Part shown: one piece after another, positions 50,601 to 64,000 of the stretch | Layout of the letters: every line of letters starts with the position of its first letter | Numbering within the stretch: the stretch's first letter is position 1 | Assembly: GCF_018977255.1 (NCBI RefSeq) | Contig: NW_024705176.1 | Location: 1 to 64,000, forward strand | Direction of reading: 5' to 3' | Length of the DNA stretch: 64,000 nt | Origin: Callorhinchus milii | Lineage: Eukaryota | The notes under the pieces: model-generated | The model's input: only the letters and a program-made list of their open reading frames with translations | The model's database searches: none | What the model was told of the DNA's origin: nothing | Translations under genes and position numbers: made by a program

Positions 50601-53600
50601 GTGATATGTACCTTGATTGCGTGTGATAGCGGATTATTTTTGTTGGTTCGCATGCAACCGACGCTACTGACGGAGTGAGTTCGTTGAGGGCCTATGATCT
50701 TAAAGACTGATCACGTCCGTCCCTGCTACGTGGATACTTCTCGCCCACTCCACCCTGCAAGATCCGTCTAGAGAGTTGTAAAAAACTTAGACTTAATAAG
50801 AGGCTTAGCCCGTTGCACCTAGATGTTGTGGCCAGACATAGTATTAGAATGACTAAATCGATATGCGGGCAAGGGATATTTTTCGGAGGTAGCCGACAGT
50901 CATCCGTGTGTTAACGATCACAGAGATCTGTGGTGTTTTGTTATCATTAGGTATGGTGTGCTTGTCCTGGAACCATTCGTAAGAGCAGGTCGCGGTACCA
51001 GACCCGAAGGTTTTCGCATACCTTACTTCCGCCACTCCCCAACAGCCAAGCAAGCCGTCGTGGTTGACCAATCCTTGCAAATTTATACCGCAAAGGGGAT
51101 AACATATAATGCCGATGTTGTACGATAACTGTATAATCTGGTCCATGCTCTATGGCAAGGCGCATAATACAAATTGCCGTAACATCCCGATATCACCCAA
51201 GCATGCCCTATTGACGGACTGGTGAGTCCAATCAGTTTGCCTACATGATTGAACGATACACCCAAGTGCTTCTACTCCAATGAAAGGTGATCTGGAGCTG
51301 CCAACTCTTCTTGGGCCCCGATCGAAAGTTGCGCCCATGCCCCCTCACTTTGTGATTGGCCGCAAAAGGCCAGGACCAGGAATATTCGCGATCCGCGCCT
51401 AATGACCTTTCTTAAGTGCTATATAGTCCTACTTCAAATCTTGGCACTATCCGCAGCATTCAGCATGGCGACGTTACACTTTCGCAAAGCCCCCCAGGGT
51501 GCCTGCAGTACGTTTCCGGAACACCAGTATTAACTGGTTCCTGTTGTATTTACCCTTCTAATGTAAACGAACGAAAAGGTTTAGTATTTAGTAATCCAGT
51601 GGGCAAGCTAAATGACTTTTTAACGATTGGGCGTTCTACTCGCCCACCTGGTAGCGAGTCGTATATTCGCGAGGGGTCTGCCATAGGTAGCGTCCCAACC
51701 CCACCAATTGTTTTAACCATTGGATTCAATCCTTAGTTCGCTGAGATTGGCAACGGCGGAAAGATTGCTGCGATCAAGTGTCAGGCTGAGGCTTCAGACG
51801 TTCTTGTGATAGACACGATGGTCCGACAAAGAGCACTGAGGTGCGGAAGTCAGAACACTTTAATGTGTGCTCATGCCAACTTCGCCGCATTGTGTGCTTT
51901 TAACCACTAATTAAAATTGGAGATATAGCTTCGGCAGAAATGGTCAGTTGTACATGAAATACTGAGGACCACCCGTACTTTTTATACCAACATCGGACTC
52001 TATTCGTCATGAGGCAGCCTAAACAAGAGGCAATTCGCCCAGTGGTTACGTTTGTCCAATACCGTGGACATGAGTACATTAGACTTCAAAAAACTCCTCG
52101 TACCAGTTCGTGAATGGGGATGCCCGTGTAAGGCTGGGCCCGCGTGAGGCACGTGGGCTCTTATGGGGGAAAGTGTTACACGTTTAGGGCCGCGCTGGAT
52201 ATCAACTACCGTCTTATCTTCAGGTTCTACACACCTAATGAAGTGAACTAGTTGCTGCATAGATGCCGGAAGATTGAAGACCCAACGGGCAGGTGTTCCC
52301 GAAGCTTATGGCAGATGCACAGCCGCCCAGCCCTCATCTAAGTTAGGAAAGGGCGGGGCGAGGGCTGTGAAGCACTAGACTCCACCTGCAGGCACCCCCG
52401 ATGCGTCGCTGCGTGAACACTATGTCATGACTGCCAGTAACTCAATCACTTCGCTTTGATCGTTTTACATTTATTGAAAGCGGTTGACGGTACAGGTTCG
52501 CACCAGGCTCGTGCTAGTGGGGTGGCAGGCGGTATGGATCGAATGTTGCGAGTGGCGACTGGCCGAGGATAGCAGTGCATCTGGACTGGATGGTTATCTC
52601 CCCCCTCACCGGGGGCATAGGCACTAAAAATTCCACAGCCTGCACGTGGTATTAACCATCTCGGGGCTCAGTGCAGCGTTGGATAGGGAAAGGTTCTATC
52701 ACCGGCTTCGACTGTTGATAAGGAACGTTTAGTCCAAAGCGTCTTCGGTCTTCGCTATCTGTAGGCATAATAGCCAGCATTGGTGATCTTCATAGTACAC
52801 CTCAATTGTCATTTGGGCCACAAGTGTGAAACCGTGTCTTCATAAACTATTAAAATCTTTAGTAATAATCATACGACTCACATAAATTAGAAGGAAACTG
52901 TTGAATTAGATTCTTATCTATTACTCGCGCCGAATTGGTTATCATGTGCGATTAAGCTAGCAGCATGCGACTGCAAGGATCTACCGCTTATTCTACTCAC
53001 TCGGCCTATGTGCAGCAACCCGTGGTAGCAGCTTTGCTCACAACACAGTGGCTAGATTACCGACGGATGTGGGAATGAGCAAGGTACCATGAAAGCATCG
53101 CACCCCAAGATCGCCTCGAATGCATCGGGGCGTAAATCTTCTCTGCCTGTAGGCTTTCCCGGGCTTAAGGATTAAACTATCGATCGGGACTAGATCCGAT
53201 ACTTCCGCAACTGCCAGGTGAACATAGGTCACGGAGGCATGCAAGAACCTACGAAGTCAAAGTGCGTTGGGGATTAAGAGTTCTCCGGGCTTGGACCGGG
53301 TAGCGTGTTCATAGCGACGAGAAGTGCCAGAAGCCTTGGCGGTCATCTAGCGCCCATACCTGTTAAATAACCTCAGTGTTCAGACTATGCAGAGGGGTCT
53401 GCCCCGATAGCTTCATCGACCATTGCTAGGGGAGGCGTGATATCTGCATACTATGAAGTAAATATTCGGAATACCCAACAGAGGATAAGCTGATACCGAT
53501 GAAAACATTCTTGAAGTGAACCCTGACGTCAGTCTACAAACTTAAGAGCCTAAATAAAAGTGATTTCTAATATTTACACACCCGTCCTTTCAGAAGGGCC

Positions 53601-56600
53601 TCGGACATTATACATACGCACATTCTCAGCAATGTGGCGGCGGTGTAGTGTTTGGGTGTCTCCAACCGTGTATTTACCATCTTTTTTCCCCTACAACCCG
53701 GACAAAGGATAAGTAAAGAGATTCTCTGCACCGGTGGCTGCCTATGCTTAATCTATTCCGGTCATAAATGCGATGACCCATACCAGTACGCTGAGAGCGA
53801 CAAATCCTGTCTCGCTACTGATACCCTTTGCTGCCCACCACCGATCAGTAAGCAGAGACGAGTACCTAACGATCTCTACATGAAAGGCGTGTTCACCCTA
53901 TAAACACTTAGCTTCTGAAGTGACTGTCTAAGGCGGTTATGCTCAAATCTTATATAAGAGTTCTCGGACAGTCGGACTAAGACGAGGGGGGAACTAAGAA
54001 CCCAACTCTAGGTATAACTTAAGCCAGAATCAGCTCGGTCGGCAAAGTATCGGAGAAGAGCCTCAGATCCTGTTGTTAGATTTGTCCGCAAAGTGTGATT
54101 TTGTTCTCGAAAACTTATGACGTCCTGCCAGTGTGGTAATACAAACTACCTGATTCGTGGCGAACACCGATGTGCGTCAGCATTAATACCTATTAATCAT
54201 ATCTAGTGGCCAACCGGCGACGGGTACTTAGCTCACATAGGGCCGTTCTCCGTAGTAGGTACCCGACCCTATATACGCCAAGGCTCTGGGTCAAGATCTT
54301 TAGCCGTGGTTAGCATCACTTTCTCAGCAGTAGTCGAAGACCAAAACCATTTACCGAACATTTCTGCGATTCGAATTTAGGTGAGCGAGAAATTAACAAT
54401 GGCGCTGATGGTTAGTATTAAAATCCTCCTCTCGTAAATTGAGGTGGCATGCTACGGACTTCTAATGGCGGACCGTTATATAGTCCTCGTTTGACCGATA
54501 GCTAAATTAACATGAACAGCGTCAAGGGCGGGACATGCAGGAAGCCCTGGCCTGAACTTTAATGAGTACTCGGCCATTCTGGGTATACGACCTAACGCAC
54601 GGTGATACGTCGTCCAGTTCCTATTGGTTACATACTCCCTATATGCGAGGAGCCCTCTGGTGATCGCTGTTTGGCGGCCCCGTTAGTGGTGCTCGCTTGC
54701 TCGTATTATATCCTCCATAGGACGGGGTCGCCTTCATTATGAGCTGAGTATTCCACCCCGTTGGATACTAGTTACTATGTTGCAGGTTATTTATAACGTC
54801 AGCTGCGAGGTGTCCCCGGGATATCTCACCGGTGCCAGTACTATAAGCTGCGAACAAGATGGGGGCGAGGTAAACATTCACCTTCCGATTCATCGTGTGC
54901 TGTGCAATAGTGCTGGTGCAAAGGCGGACAACGCGCACCGGCACCGTCACTTCGGGCACAGTCGGTGGAGTCATGTTCAACATTGCTCTGCCGAGAGCTT
55001 ATAGTCGCTGTGGAGATGAGTAGGTGCGCTGTACGTTATCATGCCACAACGGGGTTCAGACGTATCGACTCCCCGGAAGGCGCGATGCCTCCCTCGGAAT
55101 GGCTGATAATATGAAGGCCTGATTGCCGCCCAATGTTTTCTGATGAGAAAAAAGGCCTTTCGGGCCGCTATCAAATGCATCTACACCGCTAATTTCGAAA
55201 ACGGGACCTAGGTCGGATTTGGCATTTCTCAAAGACGTGCAGCTATACCCATATAAACGAATGGAGTTCAACAGGTTTGACGTAAAGGCTGTCACTACTT
55301 CATACCCCTTCGCAACGTCTCCAATCTAGGGCACTGTATTCCGCGGTTCCGGGCCCCACGATTGAATAGAGCAAGGGTCTCAGGGAAAACATTTCAGATT
55401 ACGACTCCCTTGATATTTACTAGTCGAGCAAGTACGGATTTGATGTTACGCGGCGGAATTTGGTGCAGCGACACATTCATACGTTAACGCACAGGATATA
55501 GTACTTTCCAAAAATGCCGGATTCTCAATTGGCGGGCAATACCGTGGAGGGTAAAGACGGCTCCGGCTGAAACACTTGCGTAACGCTCCGTGAGGACTTC
55601 TGCCGAATATTACCAATCGGAGGGGAACCGTATCCCAGCTTAGTTCAGCTCAGACGAGCACATCGAACTCTAAGGTATGCTATATGTTAGTGCGCCCGTG
55701 CACCAAAGGTAGAGCACTACAACGGAGAGTCGAAATCACCAGTACATGAGGTGCCAAGGCGTGCAGTATATATCGCTTCATTGGTTACTTCCGGAACCGA
55801 GTCAACATGGCTCGCTGACAGAAGTCAGTGAGTCAAATACTTCTCCCTCCCAGTCAGGGTTAATCGAAGTGATGTTTGAGCGAGAACAGTGGTACCCGTA
55901 CTACGTGCATGGCTGTAGCAGCAACGGCGCAGGACTAAAAGGAGCTGGAGGGCCTGCAATGAGCGCCTACCGGAGGCGTCCCTACCGCGTCAGCAGGACT
56001 ATGATAAGCAAGTAGCGTGCCGGCGAAAACTACTTGCCGTGGTCTATCGTGAACCCGTAATAAGACACCATATAGTCATAGAAAATTCACGACTGCCTAG
56101 GGCTTGAGCACACATGGAGTACTTTGTTTGTACTCACAGTTACATAGAATAGCGTGCTGATAGGACTAAAGGCAAGGCTCATTAACCTACGGAAGTGTTG
56201 CCTTCATCGTTCGAAGTGCGGCCGTCGACTATATTTTTGTTACCCCCTCGTATGATCGCGTACTCGTGTTCATAACATGTGGTTATTGTGAAGGATTAAC
56301 TACAAAAAATGGATAATTAGACCGACTAGTAGTAGGCCCAGAATTGTAATCGCGACCTGAAACATAAAAATATGATCTGCCTGCATTTGGGGTGTGGGTA
56401 TTATAGGGGCGCCTGACACTAAAAGACGGGCGATTTTCATGACCGTCAGAGTCAGCCTTAATTGAAGGGTGCGTGCACGTTGTACACTATACTTGTTCCA
56501 CCCATTTGTGCCAGTTACCCTGGACAGCTTTTTTCGATCGTTGCATAATCCAGATACACTGTAGTCGGTACGTGGCCAAAGGAGTAAATCTCAACAGCCG

Positions 56601-59600
56601 ACAGTACGTATATGTGCCGAGGGACGCCTGGCCTCAGGTCTGCTTCCTGCTCGCATAATAACAGCATGAGGCGGAGGACCTCTCACCAAAGTGAGTAACA
56701 CCCCGACGCGCGGCTCCGCCTGTGATTTCTGCAAGCCAGCGTGCGCCAGCAGCTGCGACGGTAGGCCCCAATTCGACGCAGGAGCGGAGAGTGACCGGCA
56801 CTAAAGTGTGGCTTTGAAATCAATAATATAGTATCGATTTCCGCTTGGCAAGCAATCTGTGCATTGTGGGGACAGATCCGCCTGCCACGGTCAGTGGCAA
56901 GCGGATTGCAGGTGCCCTTTGCAATACCCCGGCGTCAGCGGTATCCATAGCACACGTGTGGTAAAAGCGACGGGAAGGACGATGCTAATTTAGACAAGGC
57001 GGGATCTATTGAACTCAGAACGTCAACGCAAATCCTGTGGCGCTGTTCATTATCTAGTATTAAAAGTCTTAGTCGTTTCTTACTGTGGAGTGCCGCAGCA
57101 CAGGACGATTAGTCTGACTACCTTTGCGTCAACCGAGTAACGTTATTCCACACCACGGCGACTATGGCTATCTTTCCGGGTCATTTTCACTAGCAGCATA
57201 AAGTCGGAAGGTGGTTTACTAGGTATCGTCACTGAGTAATGTGTCGCATGAAAAACTCGGCTCCCACGGAGGGACGGAAATACAACTTGCTAGTTGATAA
57301 CTGGTGTAAAATCCCTACCGTACTACTTATAGACTATAGCCAAGGTGCAATTGATATCCCCGGCTGTGTAAGTCGTAGAGTGGTCGAGTACCGCTAGCAT
57401 GTACCCTGTGCGGTCCGAGCGCCCACTGCTGATCGGAGGCTGCCGGAGGCTGATCAGAGAGGAATTTAATAAATATTCTGACAGGACTCAGATGTGACTT
57501 AGATTTCTTAGACACACGAGCTGGATCAGGCTTCGATGGCTCCTCCCGATCCGTCGATGTGGAGAACGCTCTCACTGTAGTAGCAGTCCCACCCAGATTT
57601 GACACGACCCCCTTACTATCGGGACGACTTTATCTTGTATAAAGCCCGGCGCTCAATATCAACCCCAGCTACTTCGCTTACGAAGAACTTGGTCTTTTGT
57701 TCATCGCCGAGCTCGCGGGAATAATTTCCGGCACGCACCGCTCACTATGCGCACGTGCACATGCATCCTAATTTGAAACATCTCAATTGAAACGACACCC
57801 GTCCTTGGCGGCTCAGTAAGATTCCAACATACGAGGAGGCTGAAGAAGCCCTCTCACAATGATAATTTGAGGGGGGTTTCCCCCTAGTAAAAGGGAGTTT
57901 TGGACTCCGAGGTGAATTTGAAGGTTTTTATCAACTGTTACACTCGCCGTCTGATCCCTTTTGGATCATGTGCCGGTTGAAGTTCTCTTAGATCCCACCG
58001 GACATTAGTAACCCTTTCTCAAGTTTCCTAATGGCTATGCACAATACCATCGATTAGGTTTCGAACGTCCTCTGGTAGCCTAGGGAGAATCAGCGCTGTA
58101 ACGTTAGCACGGTCCCCAATTAACCGTAAACCTGGATCGGAGAAGAAGCTTTTCAGGCGGTAATGGTCGGGGGGTTCTTGACATTAGTTACTCAAGCTTC
58201 GTCACTAAACGTAAGTGTAGTATGACATTTATTAGAAAACTGGTATGCTCGAGACATGTTGTTCGACAATTACAGCTCTTCCTAATTATCTGCTATAACT
58301 GTCGCGATCCAGACGGGGATACGGATAAGAACTGTAGCGTTTGAAATAATGGCCGCCGATTTCGAGGCAACTGACCTGCTATGGTAGAACACCCCTACGA
58401 GAACGTTAGACAGTTCCACACGTACTCGACAGAAGCTCTCTAAGTCAATCGTGTGGCGATGGGGGCGTCGGTGTAGCCATCTACGGTTCTTGGATTTAGG
58501 AATGAGCAGAGAGCAGCCACCGGAGCTCAGGGTTTTGCTCTCCTCATTACTCTAGGATGGAACTTACAGCTGGCGCCAATGCTGGTCCTTGGCAACGCTT
58601 GCATAGGTGTCAGATTAGATTTGCTAAACCGTCCTTGATTGTAAACCGGTTGGTCATTTTACTTGTTATCGACATATTGCAGCCTGAGGCTGAACCGTCA
58701 TGTGGTGGGTGGTCAAGGCAACGATTTGCGGTATTATACTATGAATTTAGATTCGGTAAACCAACACCCAAGTGGACAACGCGTAATCCAGGAAAATCTC
58801 CGGGATTCGGCCTGGCTGACTTTGTTGACATGATACCGATTGACTCAGGTTCAGCAAGCACATATACTATCATACTAATCGGGATTGTACGACCCCCCGG
58901 GTCAGCATACGACCACTCTTTGAAGAGGTACACATCGGCAGATTTTGTGTGTGCCAGAGTCGTCTCAGGATGACAACTAGCCTATCCATAGCAATTCTAA
59001 GTACAGCCTCTCCGCGCCGAATGATCTGTGCAATCGGAATCACGGACCATTTAGTTACAACGTCATACTTTGGAAAGAAATCGCTAAGACTAAGTCACTT
59101 ATGGCTAAGCGCGTCGATCGGCGATTTAAATAGCTTCATTTACTACTTAGTAGGGGCGTACCGGGTGACTCGTAAAGAGTGAACGGGCGTGGTCAGGCGC
59201 TACTACAGCTTACTGATCGTTTCAAGTGTATTTTGGGCTGCACATATTAAAACCCTTGCGTCTCCTGTTTCTATCGTCGAAGGCTCTTACGTGATGGCCA
59301 CGCCGTTCATTGTGAATCCCCGGTAAGCGGGAGAAAGAGAGCGCTGGAGGCAATCAGCTAGGTCTAATGCTGGGTTATTATGCGCTTACTATCTTTCAGT
59401 TGGGGACCCCGACCATGGCCTGTCTGGCTTTGGTGATCGGCCGGCGCAGCGAGGTTTTGGATGTTGAGGGGCTTCCCGCATCATAAATCGGGCGAAGTTT
59501 CTGCACTAAAGGATGCGGTTTATCTAAGGTTCTACTCTGAAATGCTCTCCTGCTTTCCGGTAGCCGCCCAGCATGAAACGGTTATCCATAAGGGAGATAA

Positions 59601-62600
59601 CGACCTACTTATTACATAGACAAACTTGTAAATCTCTACGGGCTACTGGTTTACGCCTATAATCGAGTGCTTCCGGATTGCTGTTTTCGTACGTTAACGA
59701 ACCGGAGCAACAGCCGTAGTGCCAGCGGTTTTTACTTAATTCACTCGCGTCTCCCGGCGTCCCTCATACGGTGGTTTTTCGGAGTGAGATGATCACCTGA
59801 TCTATCTGGACATCTCTGGGTCGTAGTCTTGGCAAATTTGGTGAGTGGTCCCACATTCACTCGAACAGGCTTAACAGTCGAGCCCGGTACAGGCCTGCTA
59901 CGTCATTTTACTTGTAAGGCCATTATCCACAGATTGCTGTTGCACTGCCGATCGACTTTTGAAGCTGGAGCAGCTACGTGCAAATCGAAACAAGCGTGTT
60001 GTCGACTCACCCCTTGCAAGCACCGGACATACGACTACGTTCTGCGAACCAATCTTCATGGAGCTTAAGCAGCCCAAGTAGTAAATGATGGGCTGGGTTC
60101 CGGGTGCGGAAACCCCCTGTGGGGGGGAAAAAAAGACTAATCCACAAAAACTACAGCCAGTTGGAAATGGTTAAGGCCTGTCCCGTGGTGGCTTTAGTCC
60201 TATGATATGTATAGTCGTGTCCACAATGATGCTCCCTCGCAATGTGGTCAACCTGTCTCAGACAACGGAACCAAGACCCTTGCAGCTTTATTGCTAGTGA
60301 GCTTACATTCCGGCGTTATCACAGGGCCCTGGCGTAATAACTCGATAACACATTTTGCATCGCTTCGTTTAATGCCTTCTATTCTATATCAGGTTCTGAC
60401 ATCAGGAATAATATACCGGCCCTACGGGCCATCGTGACGTGTTATTATTTTTCAAGGGCCTTGTTTTTGATCGAACATTTCCGACCGCCGGTGATCCCTG
60501 GTAAGCTCCTAGCTAACGAATAGCTATGAACTGAATTCGGAGTCAGCGCCTTGCGTTGAGGGGCGTCTGGCGGGAAATTCAGATGCCGGGCCCGTTATTC
60601 GTCGATGGGTTCTCGGTCGTTCAAGCACTAGAATCCTATCGCCCATTGGGAAGACGGCATGCACAAGCATCTCAGACCTCGCCAACATTTCGATTGTCTT
60701 CCCTGACTGATTTATGCGAAGTTCAGGCGGGCCGCGTCTTAAACACCTGACTCAGTAAACTGTACATCGTCCCGGCCCTCAAGCGTCTATTTTCACGTTA
60801 TCCCAGGATGTGCTTACTTAGAATCGGTTGATAATTGTCAGGACCGCAACACGACGCTTGCCACCTTCCATACTAAATGACTCAGCCGGTGCAGTTAGTG
60901 GTACGTGGACGAGTGCGCGCCTAGAGGTGGCCATTGTTCGAAGGGTTGATCGCCAGTTATACCTGTTAAGTACACAGGTAAAAGACAGGACGCAATGGTG
61001 TCCGATCCGCCGGGGGGACAAATCTTTACACAAAACTTCGAACTCATTTTGTTAGGTGCGGACAGAATCGGTCCGCGCCGCCATACCACCTGTGGTCACG
61101 CACAGCAAACGTAGAGTGGTCTGAGAATTGACCCCCGAAAATGACAGGGTTGCACATATTAGTCCCATATCCAGGGCATCAGCCCGTGCCTTTGCAAATA
61201 TCCAGCAAACAGTCGATCCTTGCGACTCGCTCAGTCAACACATAAGTACTAACTAGGCACATTCAAACTTTTAGTGAGCAGGTCTGGAGTTCTGTGTGTC
61301 TCGTAACTCAACTTAAATGTAAGGACCGTACATAGGTTAGTATCTCGGCCATAGTCAGGACCCACAAGCAACGATTTATGCCGTCAGTTAGTTAGTACCG
61401 AACCTCCGGCCATAGATGTATAAAATGTGCAATGTCATTACTGGTTACCACTTGGTTGTCGTAAAATTAGGTACACCATGTAGCTTCCGTAACCGTTTAC
61501 GATCGTTTGTCCAGTCAACGCGTCGGGCTATGACCTCCAGTTGGGAGCGCTCAATGGCATAATTCAGTGTCATCCCAATAATAGCGCAGCTTGCCCCGGC
61601 GATCGTTGCCTGCACCGAGTCCTGTTATGTGCTTTAGATACAGCTGTCCACGGCGTCTGTGGCGGGACTAGACATTAATGAGAAGGACATATTAATGGAC
61701 TCGCATCGACCTGAACATGCCAGGATATCTTCGAACGTATTGTCAATGGTCGTTGGCTTTGACAAAACCCTGATCAAATAATCTTTCGATTTGGAAGTAG
61801 ACTAAGAGCGGTACCCTCAGGTTCGTCTGGAGGGGGTCAGTCGTCGTGATCTTCATCCTCTTGATTTAGGAACGCAAGTCTGCTAATCCCCATCCGAGCG
61901 TTCCTCATAACTTCATCAGATTTTATCGTTAAACTTCTTTAGATGCCCGGATGGGGTGGTTCATAGCCGCTTCTCTAGGACACGTTTGTCTTGATTCAAG
62001 CGGCTCGCTTGTACCCACGATCTGTGTGGGCAACACGGATGATGGAGGGTCCAGAGAGCAGATCCGTTCTGGGTTAGCAGTGGAACGCAACCATATCGAG
62101 CCTGACTCGAGGGCTCTAGGGAAGGGCAGGTGGTCTATTGGCTGGGGACCTAAGTGGAGACCTCACCGACTGATGCCCGGTATCGCATCCGAGCTAGAAG
62201 ATTATGCGATTTCTTTGTTCCAAGCGCACTTCATAATCTGTTCTTGGATACCTAGAGAATGACGGGTATCAGATTCGAAGATCATTTCGGGTGATTCTAA
62301 TCATGTGTACGGAGCGCCCGACAGCTACACCGAAAGCGTTTGACCAGTCATGCTCAAGTGCCCGGTTTGAACCTGAGACTGTCCGCCAGTCTGCCCGTAA
62401 AGTCCTGAAGTTCGGTGGAGATTTCATGTAGCCTCGGTAACGCTAAAGATGACAAAGGGAACCTATAAAATTATGTCAGGAGGGTTTGTTGACATAATTG
62501 AGAGCACCATGTGCACGATAAATACGATTCAAGGCAAGCTGAGGCAAACCGACCTCGTGCCCGAAGGACTCTTGGTAGTGTTGGCACGGCTGGCATTCAT

Positions 62601-64000
62601 GTCATCGTGCACTGGCGGCGTAGCTATCCATATAACATTCCGTTACGGCATATCGATTACCGTTTTGTGACAAATTTCGCGCCGGTTGGTATCGAACTAG
62701 TGGAATCTGCTACGAGATGAATTTGCCCCCATCTGTCTAAATGCCGTTAGGGCCCCTTTAATCATTCGATAAGCCGGCGAAAGAAACGGGTAGCAATCCG
62801 CTGGAACAAGAACATTCCCAGCGGCGCTAGACAACGCTTCTAACTTAGTACTTGGAGTGCTAACTACGTATTTGATTCTACGACGGGCGCTCGATATAGG
62901 AGTGAGCACCAGCCGCCTCAATTTTATGGGCCTGGTTCGGTATATCAGACCTAACGTACTGGGAACCTGAATGAGACCATAAACCTCTTGCCTTGCCTGG
63001 TTCTCCTAGCTTCAGGTCCGCAGAAACACCCCGCTTAATATCACGACATAGGCCGACCCTGAGCGTGAGCCATCGGAACCCCGCTGGGGTAAGAAGCAGA
63101 CTTGTCGGATTACCGAACCGTTTACAGTATGTCTCATTACCGTCACTGTTCTGCTATCCGCTCATATCTAACTCCCCGTGCAAGTAATTTTCCTCCGCGT
63201 CTGCTTCTGAATCGCTGGCACCTCCTCCACGGGCAGCCAACTCAATGAATTCTTTCAATGCGAACCAACGGGCTCTACCTATACAAATCGGACAGAGAGG
63301 CTCTAGTAGATAGGACGAACAAACATTCTTACGCCCAGTTGAAATACCTGATACAACTGCGAAGCTTCTCTTAGACCTACACTCACTCACATTCCCAGTT
63401 GGTGTGTAGCTCCTCGCATCTGAGGAATCGTGCAATCCGAGAAAGACAATGAGTTTCTTTGATCATAGGACCTTTGTCCGTAGACGACAATGAACTATAT
63501 GTTTGTATTGAGCCATTTCCACTATTCTGACGAAACGTCTATCCACCGTGTGGGTCACGGACTACTATAGCCGATTTCAATGATGTAGCTGAGTAGTGGA
63601 TCACGAATCAGGCTATCCCTAAAGGAACGCATGGACGGTTCCGGGGGGGCTGAGCAAGAAAAGAGAGTCACAAAATCTCTGGTCTATAGCTATACTTCTT
63701 GAGAGTGTTCTAAGCGGTTGAAGGCCTTGAATAACTGGGAAAGGGGGCCACGACCAAAGAGCCCGCTAGGTAAAAGGGATACTGATATCTGGGATCGAAC
63801 CAACACGGCATGGTCAGGTGCATTGTCCAAAGATGATGCTAAGCTCCTCGGACAAGCTAAACTTAGGACCCAAGATAAATTCGGGGGAAAGGGGGCAGCC
63901 TAGGAGATTAACCTCTTACTATACAACCGCCACGGCGCCTTGAGGAACACCCAAGCTTATCATGCATGAAGGCCCCTAGGTGCTGCAGAGGACTGCAAAT
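20631..64000. other. Featureless random-like sequence (probably shuffled or synthetic)
   Basis: No microsatellites or long homopolymers, abundant CG, TA and CTAG, no repeats shared with 1-20600, longest ORF 187 aa with no recognisable domain, no further TTC7 exons seen. Confidence 0.85.

Overview
The window has two very different parts joined by a 30-N gap (20601-20630). Bases 1-20600 are intronic/exonic eukaryotic DNA containing five consecutive internal + strand exons of a TTC7B-type gene (TPR scaffold of the PI4KA complex); all have GT-AG boundaries and compatible phases. Very high GC3 in some exons and the repeat content suggest a lamprey/cyclostome-like vertebrate (inference). The introns hold old mobile elements: RTE, Vingi/Ingi and L2-like LINE fragments, tRNA- and 5S-derived SINEs sharing an RTE-type tail, a V-SINE, hAT and other MITEs, a fold-back element, and a short inverted-repeat element enclosing a minimal hammerhead-ribozyme motif of the Penelope type. 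Bases 20631-64000 look statistically featureless by eye (about even base composition, no microsatellites, no recognisable genes or repeats, only chance-length ORFs) and are most likely randomised/synthetic filler; I call no features there. I found no convincing novel multi-gene system. All family assignments come from remembered motifs, not database searches.
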